A DNA stretch of 57,405 nucleotides. It comes from an uncultured bacterium (GTDB taxonomy: Bacteria > Spirochaetota > B62-G9 > DRHN01). The stretch lies in contig CBFDDP010000004.1 of assembly GCA_965603595.1 (NCBI GenBank), positions 1 through 57,405 on the forward strand. Reading direction: 5' to 3'. The position numbers and the translations under genes are program-made. The notes beneath the pieces are model-generated. The model was not told the origin of the DNA. It worked only from the letters and a program-made list of their open reading frames with translations, and did no database searches. Of the stretch, positions 1-10,400 are shown piece by piece (the first letter of the stretch is position 1; each line of letters opens with the position of its first letter).

Positions 1-918
1 CTTCGGGTCCTGACAGCAGAGGAGCTCCAGGAGGCGCGTCGCGAGGCGAAGAAGACGGGACAGGTGGTGGAAGAGGGGAAGCTCATCTCACCTGCGGGCA
101 AGCTCCTCACTCTTACTGCCATGGAAATGGAGCGGTACGGTGTTTCATCGGGCACCTTGTCCCGGAGGGTTGAACTGTTCGAATTTCTTGAACTGGAGGA
201 CCCTCACGTCTTCGACATCGCTAAATCACCCTCTGACAAGGTGGTCGGGTTTCTCACGGGTTCCGCCTTCACGAGCATGCTCATTATCATGGGGCTTGTC
301 GCCCTGTATATCGAGATCACATCGCCGGGATTCGGGATTCCGGGAACTATCGCCATCATCTGTTTTGCAATCGTATTTGCAAGCTACGCCCTCCTGGGAA
401 CAGTCGGTTCACTGGAGCTCATCTTTTTTGTGCTTGGGCTCGTACTGCTGATACTCGAGATATTCGTCATACCGGGATTCGGCGTTGCCGGGATCTCAGG
501 GATCGCGCTCATCGTGGGGTCGCTCGTCCTGAGCATGCAGGGCTTCGTGCTTCCAGATTTCGAATGGCAGAGGGACCTGTTCAGGAGAAACATCCTCGTC
601 GTCAGCCTGAGCACCGTCTCATCGATTATCATATTCGGTATACTAGCCTATTCACTGCCGCAGATGAAACTCTTCAACAGGCTGACGCTCAGGGCCGCAC
701 AGTCGGCTGAGGAGGGTTTCACGGTACAGACAAAAGAGGAGGAGAGTAAATTCTTAGGCAAGCGCGGTGTTACAATCACGAAACTGCGGCCCGTCGGCAA
801 GGCTGAGTTCGACGGAGAACCCCTCTACGTTGAGACCGAGGGTGAATTCGTGGAGTCTGGACAACAGGTGGAAATCATCGAGGTGAGTGGAAACAGAATG
901 ATAGTGAGGAAATGCTGA
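1..918 (+). CDS. NfeD-family membrane protein, C-terminal part (5' end lies outside the window)
   Basis: Frame 1 is open from base 1, with no stop before the ORF-track Met at 64. Multi-pass hydrophobic core followed by an OB-fold-like tail (GKRGVTITKLRPVGKAEFDG...VEIIEVSGNRMIVRK). Lies upstream of floA. Confidence 0.75.
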   Translation, partial: LRVLTAEELQEARREAKKTGQVVEEGKLISPAGKLLTLTAMEMERYGVSSGTLSRRVELFEFLELEDPHVFDIAKSPSDKVVGFLTGSAFTSMLIIMGLVALYIEITSPGFGIPGTIAIICFAIVFASYALLGTVGSLELIFFVLGLVLLILEIFVIPGFGVAGISGIALIVGSLVLSMQGFVLPDFEWQRDLFRRNILVVSLSTVSSIIIFGILAYSLPQMKLFNRLTLRAAQSAEEGFTVQTKEEESKFLGKRGVTITKLRPVGKAEFDGEPLYVETEGEFVESGQQVEIIEVSGNRMIVRKC

Positions 919-919
919 T

Positions 920-1432
920 ATGCTTATCTGGATACCCGTACTGCTCTTTGTTGTAGGTTTCATAGCACTCTTTCTCGAGCTGTTTGTTCCCGCTGCAGGG
1001 CTGATCGGTGGTGCAGGTATCGTCTGCATGATTGTGGGAACGGTTCTGGGGTATCGGAATTACGGAACAACGGTGGGCACACTCTTCCTCACGGGAACGC
1101 TCATCGGTACACCTGCAATGATCGTAATCGGTTTGAAGGTGTTTCCCAGGACATTCGTGGGAAAGAAGCTCATCCTGAGTTTCTCGCAGCAAAGAGAGAC
1201 GGGTTTCACCTCCTACACCAGCGAACGGTATGAGGGACTTGAGGGAGAGGCGGGGGAGGCATTGACCATGCTGCGGCCTTCCGGCATGGCAACTATCAAT
1301 GGTCATAGGTACAGCGTCGTCACCTCGGGAGAGCTCATCGAAAAGGGTACCCGGGTCCGGGTGGTCAAGGTTGAGGGCAGCCGGGTTGTGGTAAGGCGTA
1401 TCAAATCCCAAAATGACGATACCCCCTCTTGA
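920..1432 (+). CDS. Short NfeD-family protein (membrane anchor plus C-terminal OB-fold)
   Basis: Starts 2 nt after the previous stop. Two or three TM helices, then GEAGEALTMLRPSGMATINGHRYSVVTSGELIEKGTRVRVVKVEGSRVVVRR, which is paralogous to the tail of the upstream gene. Confidence 0.75.
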   Translation: MLIWIPVLLFVVGFIALFLELFVPAAGLIGGAGIVCMIVGTVLGYRNYGTTVGTLFLTGTLIGTPAMIVIGLKVFPRTFVGKKLILSFSQQRETGFTSYTSERYEGLEGEAGEALTMLRPSGMATINGHRYSVVTSGELIEKGTRVRVVKVEGSRVVVRRIKSQNDDTPS

Positions 1433-1532
1433 TGAAACACGTTATTGTTGTATATAAGAGCCTAGGGGAGCCTGAGTAATATCAGGTTACCGGGAGCAGA
1501 TGAGTATCAAGATCAAATAGGGGAGATGTAAG

Positions 1533-2522
1533 ATGTTTCTAATACTTTATATTTTCATTGGAATCATAGCGATTATCTTCATTGTGCTGTTCATCAAATT
1601 CTTCGGACTCTGGTTCAGAGCCCTGCTTTCAGGCGCACCTGTCGGGATAGCCAAGCTCATCGGGATGTGGCTTCGCCGGGTTAATCCCTCGGTCATCGTC
1701 GACAGCCGCATCATGCTCTCCAAGGCGGGAATACCGATCGAAACGGATTTGCTCGAAACCCATTATTTGGCCCGGGGCAATGTGCTGAGGGTCAGCATGG
1801 CGCTTGTGGCCGCAAACAAGGCCAACATCCCCCTGCCCTTTCAAAAGGCAGCGGCCATTGACCTTGCCGGGCGCGATGTGCTCGATGCGGTCAAAACCAG
1901 TGTTAATCCCAAGGTGATCGACTGCCCAAACCCGGAGAAGGGCCGGCAGACCATCGATGCCGTGGCTAAGGATGGTATTCAGCTCAAGGCAAAGGCGCGC
2001 GTGACCGTTCGTGCAAACATCGAACGCCTCGTGGGAGGAGCCACGGAGGAGACCATTATTGCACGTGTGGGGGAGGGTATCGTTACCACCATTGGGTCAG
2101 CCGAAACCTACAAGGATGTGCTCGAAAATCCTGACCTCATCTCAAAGCGTGTTCTTGAAAAGGGACTCGATGCGGGGACAGCCTTCGAGATCCTCTCAAT
2201 CGACATCGCTGATGTGGACGTTGGCGACAATGTGGGCGCAAAGCTGCAGGCTGACCAGGCCGAGGCTGACCGCCGCCGATTCCAGGCTGAAGCGGAAAAG
2301 AGAAGAGCAGCAGCGAGGGCACGAGAGCAGGAGATGGTCGCCCTCGTGCAGGAGAACCGCGCCAAGGTGGTGCTCGCTGAGGCTGAGGTGCCGAAGGCCA
2401 TGGCCGAGGCATTTCGAAAGGGTCATCTCGGTATTATGGATTACTACCGTATGCGAAACATTCAGGCCGATACGGATATGAGGCAGAGCATCTCGGGTGA
2501 GGAAAAATCCAAAGAGGAGTAA
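1533..2522 (+). CDS. floA: Flotillin-like protein FloA (YqfA/UPF0365, SPFH superfamily)
   Basis: N-terminal TM helix, then [15 protein letters not shown]...LIGMWLRRV and an Ala/Glu-rich coiled-coil tail ([29 protein letters not shown]). Shows the classic nfeD-floA synteny. Confidence 0.9.
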   Translation: MFLILYIFIGIIAIIFIVLFIKFFGLWFRALLSGAPVGIAKLIGMWLRRVNPSVIVDSRIMLSKAGIPIETDLLETHYLARGNVLRVSMALVAANKANIPLPFQKAAAIDLAGRDVLDAVKTSVNPKVIDCPNPEKGRQTIDAVAKDGIQLKAKARVTVRANIERLVGGATEETIIARVGEGIVTTIGSAETYKDVLENPDLISKRVLEKGLDAGTAFEILSIDIADVDVGDNVGAKLQADQAEADRRRFQAEAEKRRAAARAREQEMVALVQENRAKVVLAEAEVPKAMAEAFRKGHLGIMDYYRMRNIQADTDMRQSISGEEKSKEE

Positions 2523-2527
2523 AAGAC

Positions 2528-3175
2528 GTGCAGTATCTTTTTCTGCTTATATTTCTCTTCTTCATTGTACTCAACGTGGTAATCGGCCTGGCATCGAGTC
2601 GATCCAAGAAACGGAGGGCAGCCGGGCAAAAGTCCGAAGCAGGGACGACCATCTCGCATGTCCCCGGTGAAGCTCCGGAACAGCCTAGGCAGACCGAGCC
2701 CCATGAGTCAATACTGCAGCCCCAGACGGCTGAGAGCATTGTAGAGTCCCTCTATGAAGCTGAGGAAGAGAAGGCATCGCTGCCAGGCGGTGAGGGACAA
2801 ATCCCTCGTGATAAATCAGCTGTGCCGGAGGTTTCCCGTGTTGAAGGCTCACCGGAACAAATCACGGAGCTTGGACGAGAAGCTGTGATGGAAAGAGATC
2901 AATCGAAACCCATGATCGATATTACCAAGCCTTCCAGTGAGGTAAAGCTTTCTATCGAGGAAAAACCCCTTGAATCTGAAGTCAAATCTCGGGTTGTTAA
3001 AGAGCAGAGAGACCAGGAAGAAAAATTTCAAATCTATGCTCTGACCAGGGATGACGGCATTGAAGTGACTGCATGGGAGCATATCAACCGGCTCCCACCA
3101 CTGCAGCGGGCGATTATCCTCTCCGAAGTACTCGGTGCTCCCAAAGCACTGTCAGAAGGTCACCATCCCGATTAA
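2528..3175 (+). CDS. Hypothetical membrane-anchored acidic protein (occupies the yqfB position after floA)
   Basis: GTG start 6 nt after the floA stop. One N-terminal TM helix, then a Glu/Ser/Pro-rich low-complexity region. No recognisable domain. Confidence 0.5.
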   Translation: MQYLFLLIFLFFIVLNVVIGLASSRSKKRRAAGQKSEAGTTISHVPGEAPEQPRQTEPHESILQPQTAESIVESLYEAEEEKASLPGGEGQIPRDKSAVPEVSRVEGSPEQITELGREAVMERDQSKPMIDITKPSSEVKLSIEEKPLESEVKSRVVKEQRDQEEKFQIYALTRDDGIEVTAWEHINRLPPLQRAIILSEVLGAPKALSEGHHPD

Positions 3176-4030
3176 CACGAGACCCACTATGGCAACTGCA
3201 ATTCCGACCCACTGTCTGCGTAAAATCCTCTCCTTCAGAAACCTGACTGCCAGCAGAACCATAAAAGCTGGATAGATCGATGAAACGGGTGCTATGAGAG
3301 ACACCTTGCCATAGTCGAAGGCAAGAAGAAAGAATAGCGCCCCGATCAGATTGACAACAATGCCCAGCATGGTGGGGAGCCCTTCACGCCGAAAGAGAGG
3401 GGGGACAGGCCTGTTCTTACTGTCGATCAGATAGTTGCAGCCTGCCACCGCATTTCCTATGAGGGCGAGCCAGAATATGTGGGAGTATGAACCGATACGG
3501 TTGATCGATACCTTGGTAAGAAAATCACCTACCCCCAGTGCCATGGCCCCGATAAACCCCCACAGGACCCAGGTGTAGTCATGTCTGCTGCCATTAAGTA
3601 AACCATCAACGCCAGCCTTATCGTTACTCGGAAGGGCAACGATAACATCACCCGTGAGTATGAGTGCGATACCTGTATACTGAACCGGGGAGAGCTGCTC
3701 ATGCAGGAAAAAGTAGGAGAGCAGTATGGTGAAAAGGGGGTATCCCGCCACAATCGTACCGGTTAATGAGATCTGCCCCTTTGATATGGCGTAGAAAAAG
3801 AAATGGTAGAGTGCGGAGGCGGATATGATGATCACTACAACCGAGAGAGGAGGAATGGTGATATTAAACCCGCTCAGAAGGAGGACAACGGGAGTCCACA
3901 GGACAAGGGAGACGAATTTATCAAGAATGTTGTTCCAGAGAGGAGGCACATGGTCGAACCCCCTTTTGAGCAGCACATGACCGAAGGCCCAGAACAGGGC
4001 GGCACCAAATGCAAGGGGGAACCAGAGCAT
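3152..4030 (-). CDS. EamA/DMT-superfamily transporter
   Basis: 292 aa with about 10 hydrophobic helices arranged as two 5-TM halves, typical of EamA proteins. Confidence 0.75.
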   Translation of the reverse strand: MLWFPLAFGAALFWAFGHVLLKRGFDHVPPLWNNILDKFVSLVLWTPVVLLLSGFNITIPPLSVVVIIISASALYHFFFYAISKGQISLTGTIVAGYPLFTILLSYFFLHEQLSPVQYTGIALILTGDVIVALPSNDKAGVDGLLNGSRHDYTWVLWGFIGAMALGVGDFLTKVSINRIGSYSHIFWLALIGNAVAGCNYLIDSKNRPVPPLFRREGLPTMLGIVVNLIGALFFLLAFDYGKVSLIAPVSSIYPAFMVLLAVRFLKERILRRQWVGIAVAIVGLVLIGMVTF

Positions 4031-4151
4031 GGGAGGAATATACTAGGCGTAACGGATGTCCTGCAAATACAATTGATATTTTTCATTCAGTGCTGTCGTA
4101 AATGTGCAAGTGATCGGTTTGGCTTCAGTGAGGGAGGTATGTATCGCATAT

Positions 4152-4189
4152 GAAGAGAGGCGCTCTCCGATGTGAGAGTGCCTCTCTTC
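4152..4189 (-). terminator. Long GC-rich hairpin downstream of the choice-of-anchor-D gene
   Basis: GAAGAGAGGC(G)CTCTC-cgatgt-GAGAG(T)GCCTCTCTTC, a stem of about 16 bp. There is no clear U-tract, so terminator function is tentative. Confidence 0.45.
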
Positions 4190-4215
4190 ATACATGGCAG
4201 TGGAAAACAGGGTTT

Positions 4216-6135
4216 TCAGTATAGTGCGACGTAGCCGACGAGATCGATCTTGTATGGGTTCTCGTCGGCATCGTTGTTTGAAATCTGAAGCCGCGCAGTG
4301 CGCTTTTCGAGTCCCGCATTTGGTTTGTCCGGGTTGAAGATGATGGTGAAGTCAACCTTTGATCCCGCCTTGACTGTTACAGGAGTTGTCAGGTCTGCCG
4401 TGAAGTTATCGGCGTTACCGGTCACCATGAGCATCCCGCTTATGGAAAGGTCGGCTTTACCTTTGTTTTCAATGGTGAATGTCCTCTCTATCGATCCGGG
4501 GTACTCGACTGCGTCATCATCTTCGTTGAAGTAATAGATGCCGTTGTTGGCGATCTTTTTCGATCCTACCTTCACCTGTATGTCCGGCACCTCGGTAACT
4601 GCCCCCCTAGCCTGAAGGTCAAAAACATAGGGGCTTTCCTCAGTGTCCGGGTCATCATTCTCTATGTACACTGAGGCTACATCTATACCGGTATCGCTTG
4701 GTATGTAGGTAACGTCAAACAAGACGCTGTAGCCCGGAAGAATCACCGTGGGAAGTGTCGGAAGGTTTGCGAGGTGGAATTCGGTCGTATCACCGCTCAC
4801 GAATATTTCGTATATGTTCAGATCAGCATTGCCGCTGTTCTCGATCTTGAATGTGGCGGTCATTGAGGTGCCAACGCCCACGGTGGTAAAGTCATGCCCC
4901 TCCGAACCAGAGGGTATGTCAGTTCCTGTTTCGTTATTAATCACATTGATGTCAGGTGCTGGCATGTCTGCCGCAACGCCTTCCACCTTGAACGTGTAGG
5001 GCGACTCATCGGGATCATCGCTGTAGAGCTCGACATCCGCCACCAGGGGCGATCCGGGCGGTGAGTTTGGAGCAAATACGATAGGTATGGCTGCCGTGCC
5101 ACCCGGTGAGATCTGTATGGGGAAGAGTGTGGTGCAGCTGAAAACCTGTGGATCGTTTGGGTCATTTAGTGAGAATCCCGTCACATTCAGGAGCAGGTTG
5201 CCTGCGTTTTCTATGGTGATGTCCTTCGTTAAGAAATCGCCATTGAAAACTGTTCCATAATTCACCGTATCACCGTCAAATACCTCGACACTGCCCTGTA
5301 AAACACGGATGTCTGGTTCAAAATTCCCCATACCATTCACGTAAAAGGTGAAGGAGCCGTAGTTGGGATCATCACTGAAGATTTCAACTTCAACCGTATA
5401 CGTCAGTGCCTCTTCAGGTGCGAACTCAACGGTAAAATCAATGCCAGTACCCGGTGACACGCTACTTGGAAGTTCTGGTGCGATGCGGTTGAACTGGGTA
5501 ACGTCACCGCTCTTGAAGGAGATCCCGGTGACGGCCAGGTCGTAATAGGCGCTGCTGTCATTCATGACAGTGAAATCGATGAATGCGCTCGATCCTACAT
5601 GCACAGGACCGAAATCATATGCAGCAGAGCCGAGGCTCACAGAAGTTGGGCCCTGCATTACCAGTATCATGGGAGGATTGCCGCTACTCCAGGTGCCTGT
5701 ACCGCTAATGCTGAACTGATATATACCCTCATCGGGATCATTGCTCTCTATGAGCATATCGATCCCTGTCGGCACGTCTGAGGACGGTTTGAAATAGATG
5801 TCGAAGGTTGTGGTCTCACCGGGTTCGAGATTTGACGTGGTGTAGGTGGTGTCTATAACGAACTCTTTAATGGCTGTGTTGGAGGTGTAGAGCTTCTCGA
5901 TCTTGAGGGTTCGCGCCCCCTCATTCTCGATGTGGAAGGTCTGCTTGGCAATAGCGTACACATCAACAGTGCCGAAGGAGAACGAGTGCGTACTGTTTGG
6001 TATGATGTGAATGTCAGGTTGCGCTGTTGCTATCCCGAGTAGGTCTGAGCGTGTAAATGAGCAGCTCGCGAAAAGGAGGAGTAGTACTGGAATTACGAAA
6101 AAGAAAAGATACAAAGTCGCTCTGTGCTTCCGCAT
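4216..6135 (-). CDS. Choice-of-anchor-D-type surface lipoprotein with five tandem Ig-like (ASH/HYDIN-like) modules
   Basis: Start chosen at MRKHRATLYLFFFVIPVLLLLFASC (lipobox-like FASC; GGAG lies 7 nt upstream). Five modules of about 115 aa each begin with PDI.V, contain F..V.VG....F.I.N.G...L and end with DDPDE.PY.F.L.G. Confidence 0.75.
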   Translation of the reverse strand: MRKHRATLYLFFFVIPVLLLLFASCSFTRSDLLGIATAQPDIHIIPNSTHSFSFGTVDVYAIAKQTFHIENEGARTLKIEKLYTSNTAIKEFVIDTTYTTSNLEPGETTTFDIYFKPSSDVPTGIDMLIESNDPDEGIYQFSISGTGTWSSGNPPMILVMQGPTSVSLGSAAYDFGPVHVGSSAFIDFTVMNDSSAYYDLAVTGISFKSGDVTQFNRIAPELPSSVSPGTGIDFTVEFAPEEALTYTVEVEIFSDDPNYGSFTFYVNGMGNFEPDIRVLQGSVEVFDGDTVNYGTVFNGDFLTKDITIENAGNLLLNVTGFSLNDPNDPQVFSCTTLFPIQISPGGTAAIPIVFAPNSPPGSPLVADVELYSDDPDESPYTFKVEGVAADMPAPDINVINNETGTDIPSGSEGHDFTTVGVGTSMTATFKIENSGNADLNIYEIFVSGDTTEFHLANLPTLPTVILPGYSVLFDVTYIPSDTGIDVASVYIENDDPDTEESPYVFDLQARGAVTEVPDIQVKVGSKKIANNGIYYFNEDDDAVEYPGSIERTFTIENKGKADLSISGMLMVTGNADNFTADLTTPVTVKAGSKVDFTIIFNPDKPNAGLEKRTARLQISNNDADENPYKIDLVGYVALY

Positions 6136-6311
6136 TGACAGTCTCCAGAATACTAAATTGTTGCGTCTGCACGTTTTCCATAGTTCCCAATTATACAATA
6201 TATCCCAGTTTGGAATCATTTCAATATGAAAGAGAATGTTTTTCTCGACATTTTGTATGACTAGGCACTGAAAAATTTGAAATCTGCGCTATCCTGAATC
6301 ATGCTTTCTAA

Positions 6312-6638
6312 GATGGTGCGTCAGTGGATATTCAGATAATCCTGAATCAGCCCCCTTCGGCGGATGTGACCTTCAGCACCATTCAGAGTATGCTTCCGAG
6401 TAAAGGTGTGGTCGACACCTCGAGTGTTACCTTTACGTCGGTTGACTGGAATACTCTCCATACGGTGAGGGTGACGGGTGTTGATGATGCAATTGCAGAC
6501 CCTGATATGTTCTACGACATCGATCTGGGATTCGCCTCATTCAATCCCTATCCCTATCCTTATTCCATAATTCCTGCTTTACAATCCCCATGCATACCTC
6601 TACTATGTAAACGGGTTTTAAACCATCCTTTTATATGA
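6312..6638 (+). pseudogene. Orphan fragment of an adhesin-type repeat domain (possible gene remnant)
   Basis: The open frame has no ATG, RBS or signal peptide. It encodes VTFTSVDWNTLHTVRVTGVDDAIADPDMFYDIDL, a pattern typical of the ends of large surface-protein repeat domains. Confidence 0.3.
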
Positions 6639-6668
6639 AACAGCTCATTTCTGAACAGGTACAGGGCA

Positions 6669-7766
6669 ATGTTATACCGCCACTATGGAAAGACCGGAAA
6701 GAAGGTTTCCATACTCGGGTTCGGAGGTATGCGTTTCAAAAACGTTAGGGATACTGGCGAGTGCGTAGCCATGATGCTCGATGCGGCTGAAGCGGGGGTC
6801 AACTATTTCGATACGGCGCCCGGCTACATGGGTACGAAGAGCGAGCAGGTCTTCGGTGAGGCCTTTAAAGAATTCAAGAAACGGGGCATCCCATTCTACT
6901 CTGCAACCAAAACCTTCAAAGCCGATGAAAGCTCCATCAGGCGGGAACTGGATGCGCAGCTGCGCAGGCTGCATGTGGACTGCATAGATTTCTACCATGT
7001 ATGGTGCCTCACCACCCTGGAGGACTGGGAGGGACGAAAGCAAAGTGGTGTGATCGATGCGTTTTTAAAACTGAAGGAGGAGGGGCTCATCGGACACATC
7101 TGTGTCTCCAGTCACCTTATTGGAGATCAGATCAAAGGGCTTCTCCTGGAGGGGGTGTTCGAGGGGGTTCTCTTCGGTTATTCTGCCTATAACTTCAATA
7201 TCCGAGAGGCTGCCTTTGATGCGATCAGAAAGCACCGTCTCGGCTGCGTGGTGATGAACCCGCTGGGTGGAGGAATCGTACCTCAGAATCCGAAAGTCTT
7301 TGATTTCATCAGAACTCGCGAAAACGAGACCGTGGTGGAGGGGGCGCTCAGGTTCATCTTCTCGCACGAGGAGATCAATACAGCACTTGTGGGCTTTGGC
7401 ACGAGGGAGGAAGTGGCACAGGCAGTGAAGGCGGTACAGGGGTATCGTAGAATTTCCCCAGAAGAGATGACGCGCATGCGCGATCACATCAAGGAGTCCT
7501 TCCGCGGGCTCTGCACGGGATGCCGCTACTGCGATGAGTGTCCGGAGGGAATACCCATTCCCAAGTTCATGGATGCCTACAACCACAAGCTTCTGTACGG
7601 GAAGGAGCAAGAGCTCCTGGACCGGCTCAGGTGGCACTGGGACATATCTCCCCGTATCGCCGAAAGATGCACGGAATGTGAGCTGTGCGAAAAGCTCTGC
7701 ACACAGCATCTGCTCATCATGAGCAGGCTCAAGGAAATTGCTACAACCGGAAAAAGAAAAGAGTGA
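6669..7766 (+). CDS. Aldo/keto reductase with C-terminal Fe-S cluster motifs
   Basis: AKR N-terminus (GFGGMRF, VNYFDTAPGY) plus C-terminal Cys clusters CTGCRYCDECPEGIP and CTECELCEKLC. Confidence 0.8.
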   Translation: MLYRHYGKTGKKVSILGFGGMRFKNVRDTGECVAMMLDAAEAGVNYFDTAPGYMGTKSEQVFGEAFKEFKKRGIPFYSATKTFKADESSIRRELDAQLRRLHVDCIDFYHVWCLTTLEDWEGRKQSGVIDAFLKLKEEGLIGHICVSSHLIGDQIKGLLLEGVFEGVLFGYSAYNFNIREAAFDAIRKHRLGCVVMNPLGGGIVPQNPKVFDFIRTRENETVVEGALRFIFSHEEINTALVGFGTREEVAQAVKAVQGYRRISPEEMTRMRDHIKESFRGLCTGCRYCDECPEGIPIPKFMDAYNHKLLYGKEQELLDRLRWHWDISPRIAERCTECELCEKLCTQHLLIMSRLKEIATTGKRKE

Positions 7767-8803
7767 TGAGGTGCACTGGAGAGATGAAGAAGAGGATCGT
7801 TACCGCTGGTGATCGTGTGTACATGAAGTTCTTCGATATGGACTTCTTCAAGGTGCGGGCGCAGGAAGCCGATGCAGAGCTTGTTCCCTTCAAGGGTTTC
7901 GATGAGCGGAAATTCAAGCATGCCATCGAGCAGGCGGACGCACTCATTCTCATCGACCGTCCCCTCACCCGTGAACACATGTCCATCATGGAGAAGTGCA
8001 GCATCGTACTGGCCCTGGAGGTGGGATACGATTTTATCGATGTTCAGGCAGCAACCGAGCAGGGGATCGTCGTCTCGAACGTTCCCGTCTACTGCACCGA
8101 TCAGGTTGCGCTTCATGCATTCACCCTGCTGCTCGCAGTGAATAGAAAGTTGTCGACCTTGACCAACGAAACGGCAGGCGGCGGCTGGGACTACAATGTG
8201 TGTAAGCCTCTATACGAACTCAAGGACCGAAAACTGGGGATCATCGGTCTCGGGCGCATCGGACGGTCTCTCGTATCCAAGGCAAAGAGTGTCGGACTCG
8301 AGGTGATCGCATACGATCCTTACCTGGCAGACGACATTTTTGAGCTCAACGGGGTGAAGCGCTGCTACGATCTTGATGATGTGCTCAGAGAGGCCGATTT
8401 CATATCTCTGCACGTGCCTCTCACGGATGAGACCTTCCACATGATCGGCGAAGAGGAATTCAAGAAAATGAAGCGGGAGGCCGTCATCGTCAACACCTGC
8501 AGGGGCAAGGTTATCGATGAAAAAGCTCTTTACAATGCGCTGAAAAAAACTATAATTGCGGGAGGAGGCGTTGATGTTCTCGAAAAGGAGCCTCCTGATC
8601 CCGACAACCCCCTGCTCTCAATGGAGAACCTGATCGTAACGCCCCATGTGGCGTGGTACTCCGAGAACAGCATAGAGCGGCTGAAGAATCTGGGGATGGA
8701 TGAGGTTATCAGGGTGCTTGCCGGTAAAAGACCAAGGTTTATCGTAAATCCTGAAGTTTTATATACAAAGGGGGTGGATAATCGAAGTTCGCAGGAAACC
8801 TGA
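7766..8803 (+). CDS. D-isomer-specific 2-hydroxyacid dehydrogenase family protein
   Basis: GIIGLGRIGRSLV NAD-binding motif, NTCRG..ID, LEKEPP and TPHVAW catalytic-triad blocks. The start is uncertain: ATG 7766 overlaps the upstream stop as TGATG, and the alternative is ATG 7784. Confidence 0.8.
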   Translation: MRCTGEMKKRIVTAGDRVYMKFFDMDFFKVRAQEADAELVPFKGFDERKFKHAIEQADALILIDRPLTREHMSIMEKCSIVLALEVGYDFIDVQAATEQGIVVSNVPVYCTDQVALHAFTLLLAVNRKLSTLTNETAGGGWDYNVCKPLYELKDRKLGIIGLGRIGRSLVSKAKSVGLEVIAYDPYLADDIFELNGVKRCYDLDDVLREADFISLHVPLTDETFHMIGEEEFKKMKREAVIVNTCRGKVIDEKALYNALKKTIIAGGGVDVLEKEPPDPDNPLLSMENLIVTPHVAWYSENSIERLKNLGMDEVIRVLAGKRPRFIVNPEVLYTKGVDNRSSQET

Positions 8804-8836
8804 GCCGTAATTAAACTAATTAAAAAAGGAGGTCCC

Positions 8837-10303
8837 ATGCAGAACTATCAACTCACTGCTTTAATCTTTCTTATCGTCTACTATGCGTTCGTCATTGGAC
8901 TCAGCCTCTACCGGCGAATGGTGAAATCCGAGGTTGATTACTTCCTGGCCGGCCGTACCTTTCCCGCATGGATACTGGCGTTCTCCTATGCTGCTTCCTG
9001 GTTCGGGGGAGCGTCCGCAATCGTATCTGCGGACAAGGCATTTGCGGGAGGGTGGAGCGCCTACTTCGTTATGGGCGGCCCAACCATCTGTTCGGGCATC
9101 GTTTTAGTGTTCTTTGCAAAGCGGATCAGGATGTTTGCGCCCCTTTCACAGCCGGAAATGACGGAGGCACGGTACAACCGGACTGCGAGGATCATTCAAT
9201 CCATAATCATTTTCTGGTACATGATCACCTGGGCTGCTTCACAGATGATAGGGGCTGCCAATTTCGTGAGTGGATTTTTTGGCATGACCTACACCGTGGC
9301 CCTCTTTGTGGTGGTCGTCGTTGTCTGGTTCTACTGCATGTTCGGGGGGTTCAAGAGTGTTGTCACAACGGACCTGGGGCAGTTTATCTGGATCGTTGTG
9401 GCGATGCTCATCGTGCTCTTTACGGTTATAGGGCACTCCGGCGGCCTCGGGAACGTGAGGGCGGCCGTATCGCAGAGAGATATTCCAAACTTCTTCAACG
9501 TCTTTGGAAATGCCAAGTTCAGCCTGTTCTTTATCATATCCTTCTCGTTCGCCTGGGTGATCTCGGCTGAAATCTGGCAGCGGTTTTCTGCGGCGCGGTC
9601 CGTGAAGGAGGCGAAAAAGGTCTCGAGGGGCGCGCTGTTCATCAATATCCCTCTCTACTTTTTTGCGGTTGTCATTGGTATACTCGCCGTGGCCCTTTAT
9701 GCCGAAAAACCGGACACCCATATCATGGCTGCGGTCATAAAGGATTACGTGCCATGGTTCCTGGCTGGCATCAGCTTCGCAGGGCTGCTTGCAGCCGTTA
9801 TGTCCACGATGGACACTGCCCTGAACACTGGCGCACTCGTTCTGACTGAAGACATTTTTCACAGAGTCATCAACCCGAATGCGAGTGAAAAACAGCTTGT
9901 CCTGTTCGGGAGGATAGCCGTTACCATCATGGCAGCCTGCGGGATTTTCATTTCTCTTGCCATCCGGGATCTTCTGTGGGTGCTGTGGATGGCAAGCGAC
10001 ATCCTGGCAGCCGGGGTTTTCTGGCCGTTGGTACTCGGCATGTACGGGAAGTGGGGAACCTCGAAGGGTGCGATCTCGAGCATGCTGGTCGGTGGTGCCT
10101 TTACGCTGTGGCACTATCTGATCGATCTCGGAGTAAAACTCCCGAGCATCATACCGGCATGGCCCGGACGAAGCTGGCCGTTCTCCGTGTTCTGGGGAAT
10201 TGTCATAGGCTTCATCGTGTACACGGTCGTCTCGCTCGGTACGCAGTCCCCCGAGGAGAAGATGAAGGCCGAAACCTTCATGAACAGGTTTGCCGAGAAG
10301 TAG
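8837..10303 (+). CDS. Sodium:solute symporter family (SSF) transporter
   Basis: 488 aa with about 13 TM helices, N-terminal YFLAGR motif and general SSF composition. GGAGG RBS upstream. Confidence 0.8.
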   Translation: MQNYQLTALIFLIVYYAFVIGLSLYRRMVKSEVDYFLAGRTFPAWILAFSYAASWFGGASAIVSADKAFAGGWSAYFVMGGPTICSGIVLVFFAKRIRMFAPLSQPEMTEARYNRTARIIQSIIIFWYMITWAASQMIGAANFVSGFFGMTYTVALFVVVVVVWFYCMFGGFKSVVTTDLGQFIWIVVAMLIVLFTVIGHSGGLGNVRAAVSQRDIPNFFNVFGNAKFSLFFIISFSFAWVISAEIWQRFSAARSVKEAKKVSRGALFINIPLYFFAVVIGILAVALYAEKPDTHIMAAVIKDYVPWFLAGISFAGLLAAVMSTMDTALNTGALVLTEDIFHRVINPNASEKQLVLFGRIAVTIMAACGIFISLAIRDLLWVLWMASDILAAGVFWPLVLGMYGKWGTSKGAISSMLVGGAFTLWHYLIDLGVKLPSIIPAWPGRSWPFSVFWGIVIGFIVYTVVSLGTQSPEEKMKAETFMNRFAEK

Positions 10304-10400
10304 AATGGGCCGCGTTCGCGGCTGGATTTTCAGGTCGCGTGTCAATGCTGTTGAAGCGCGTAGGGGCTTCGTACGCGTGAAATAATCGACGTGAAACAAT

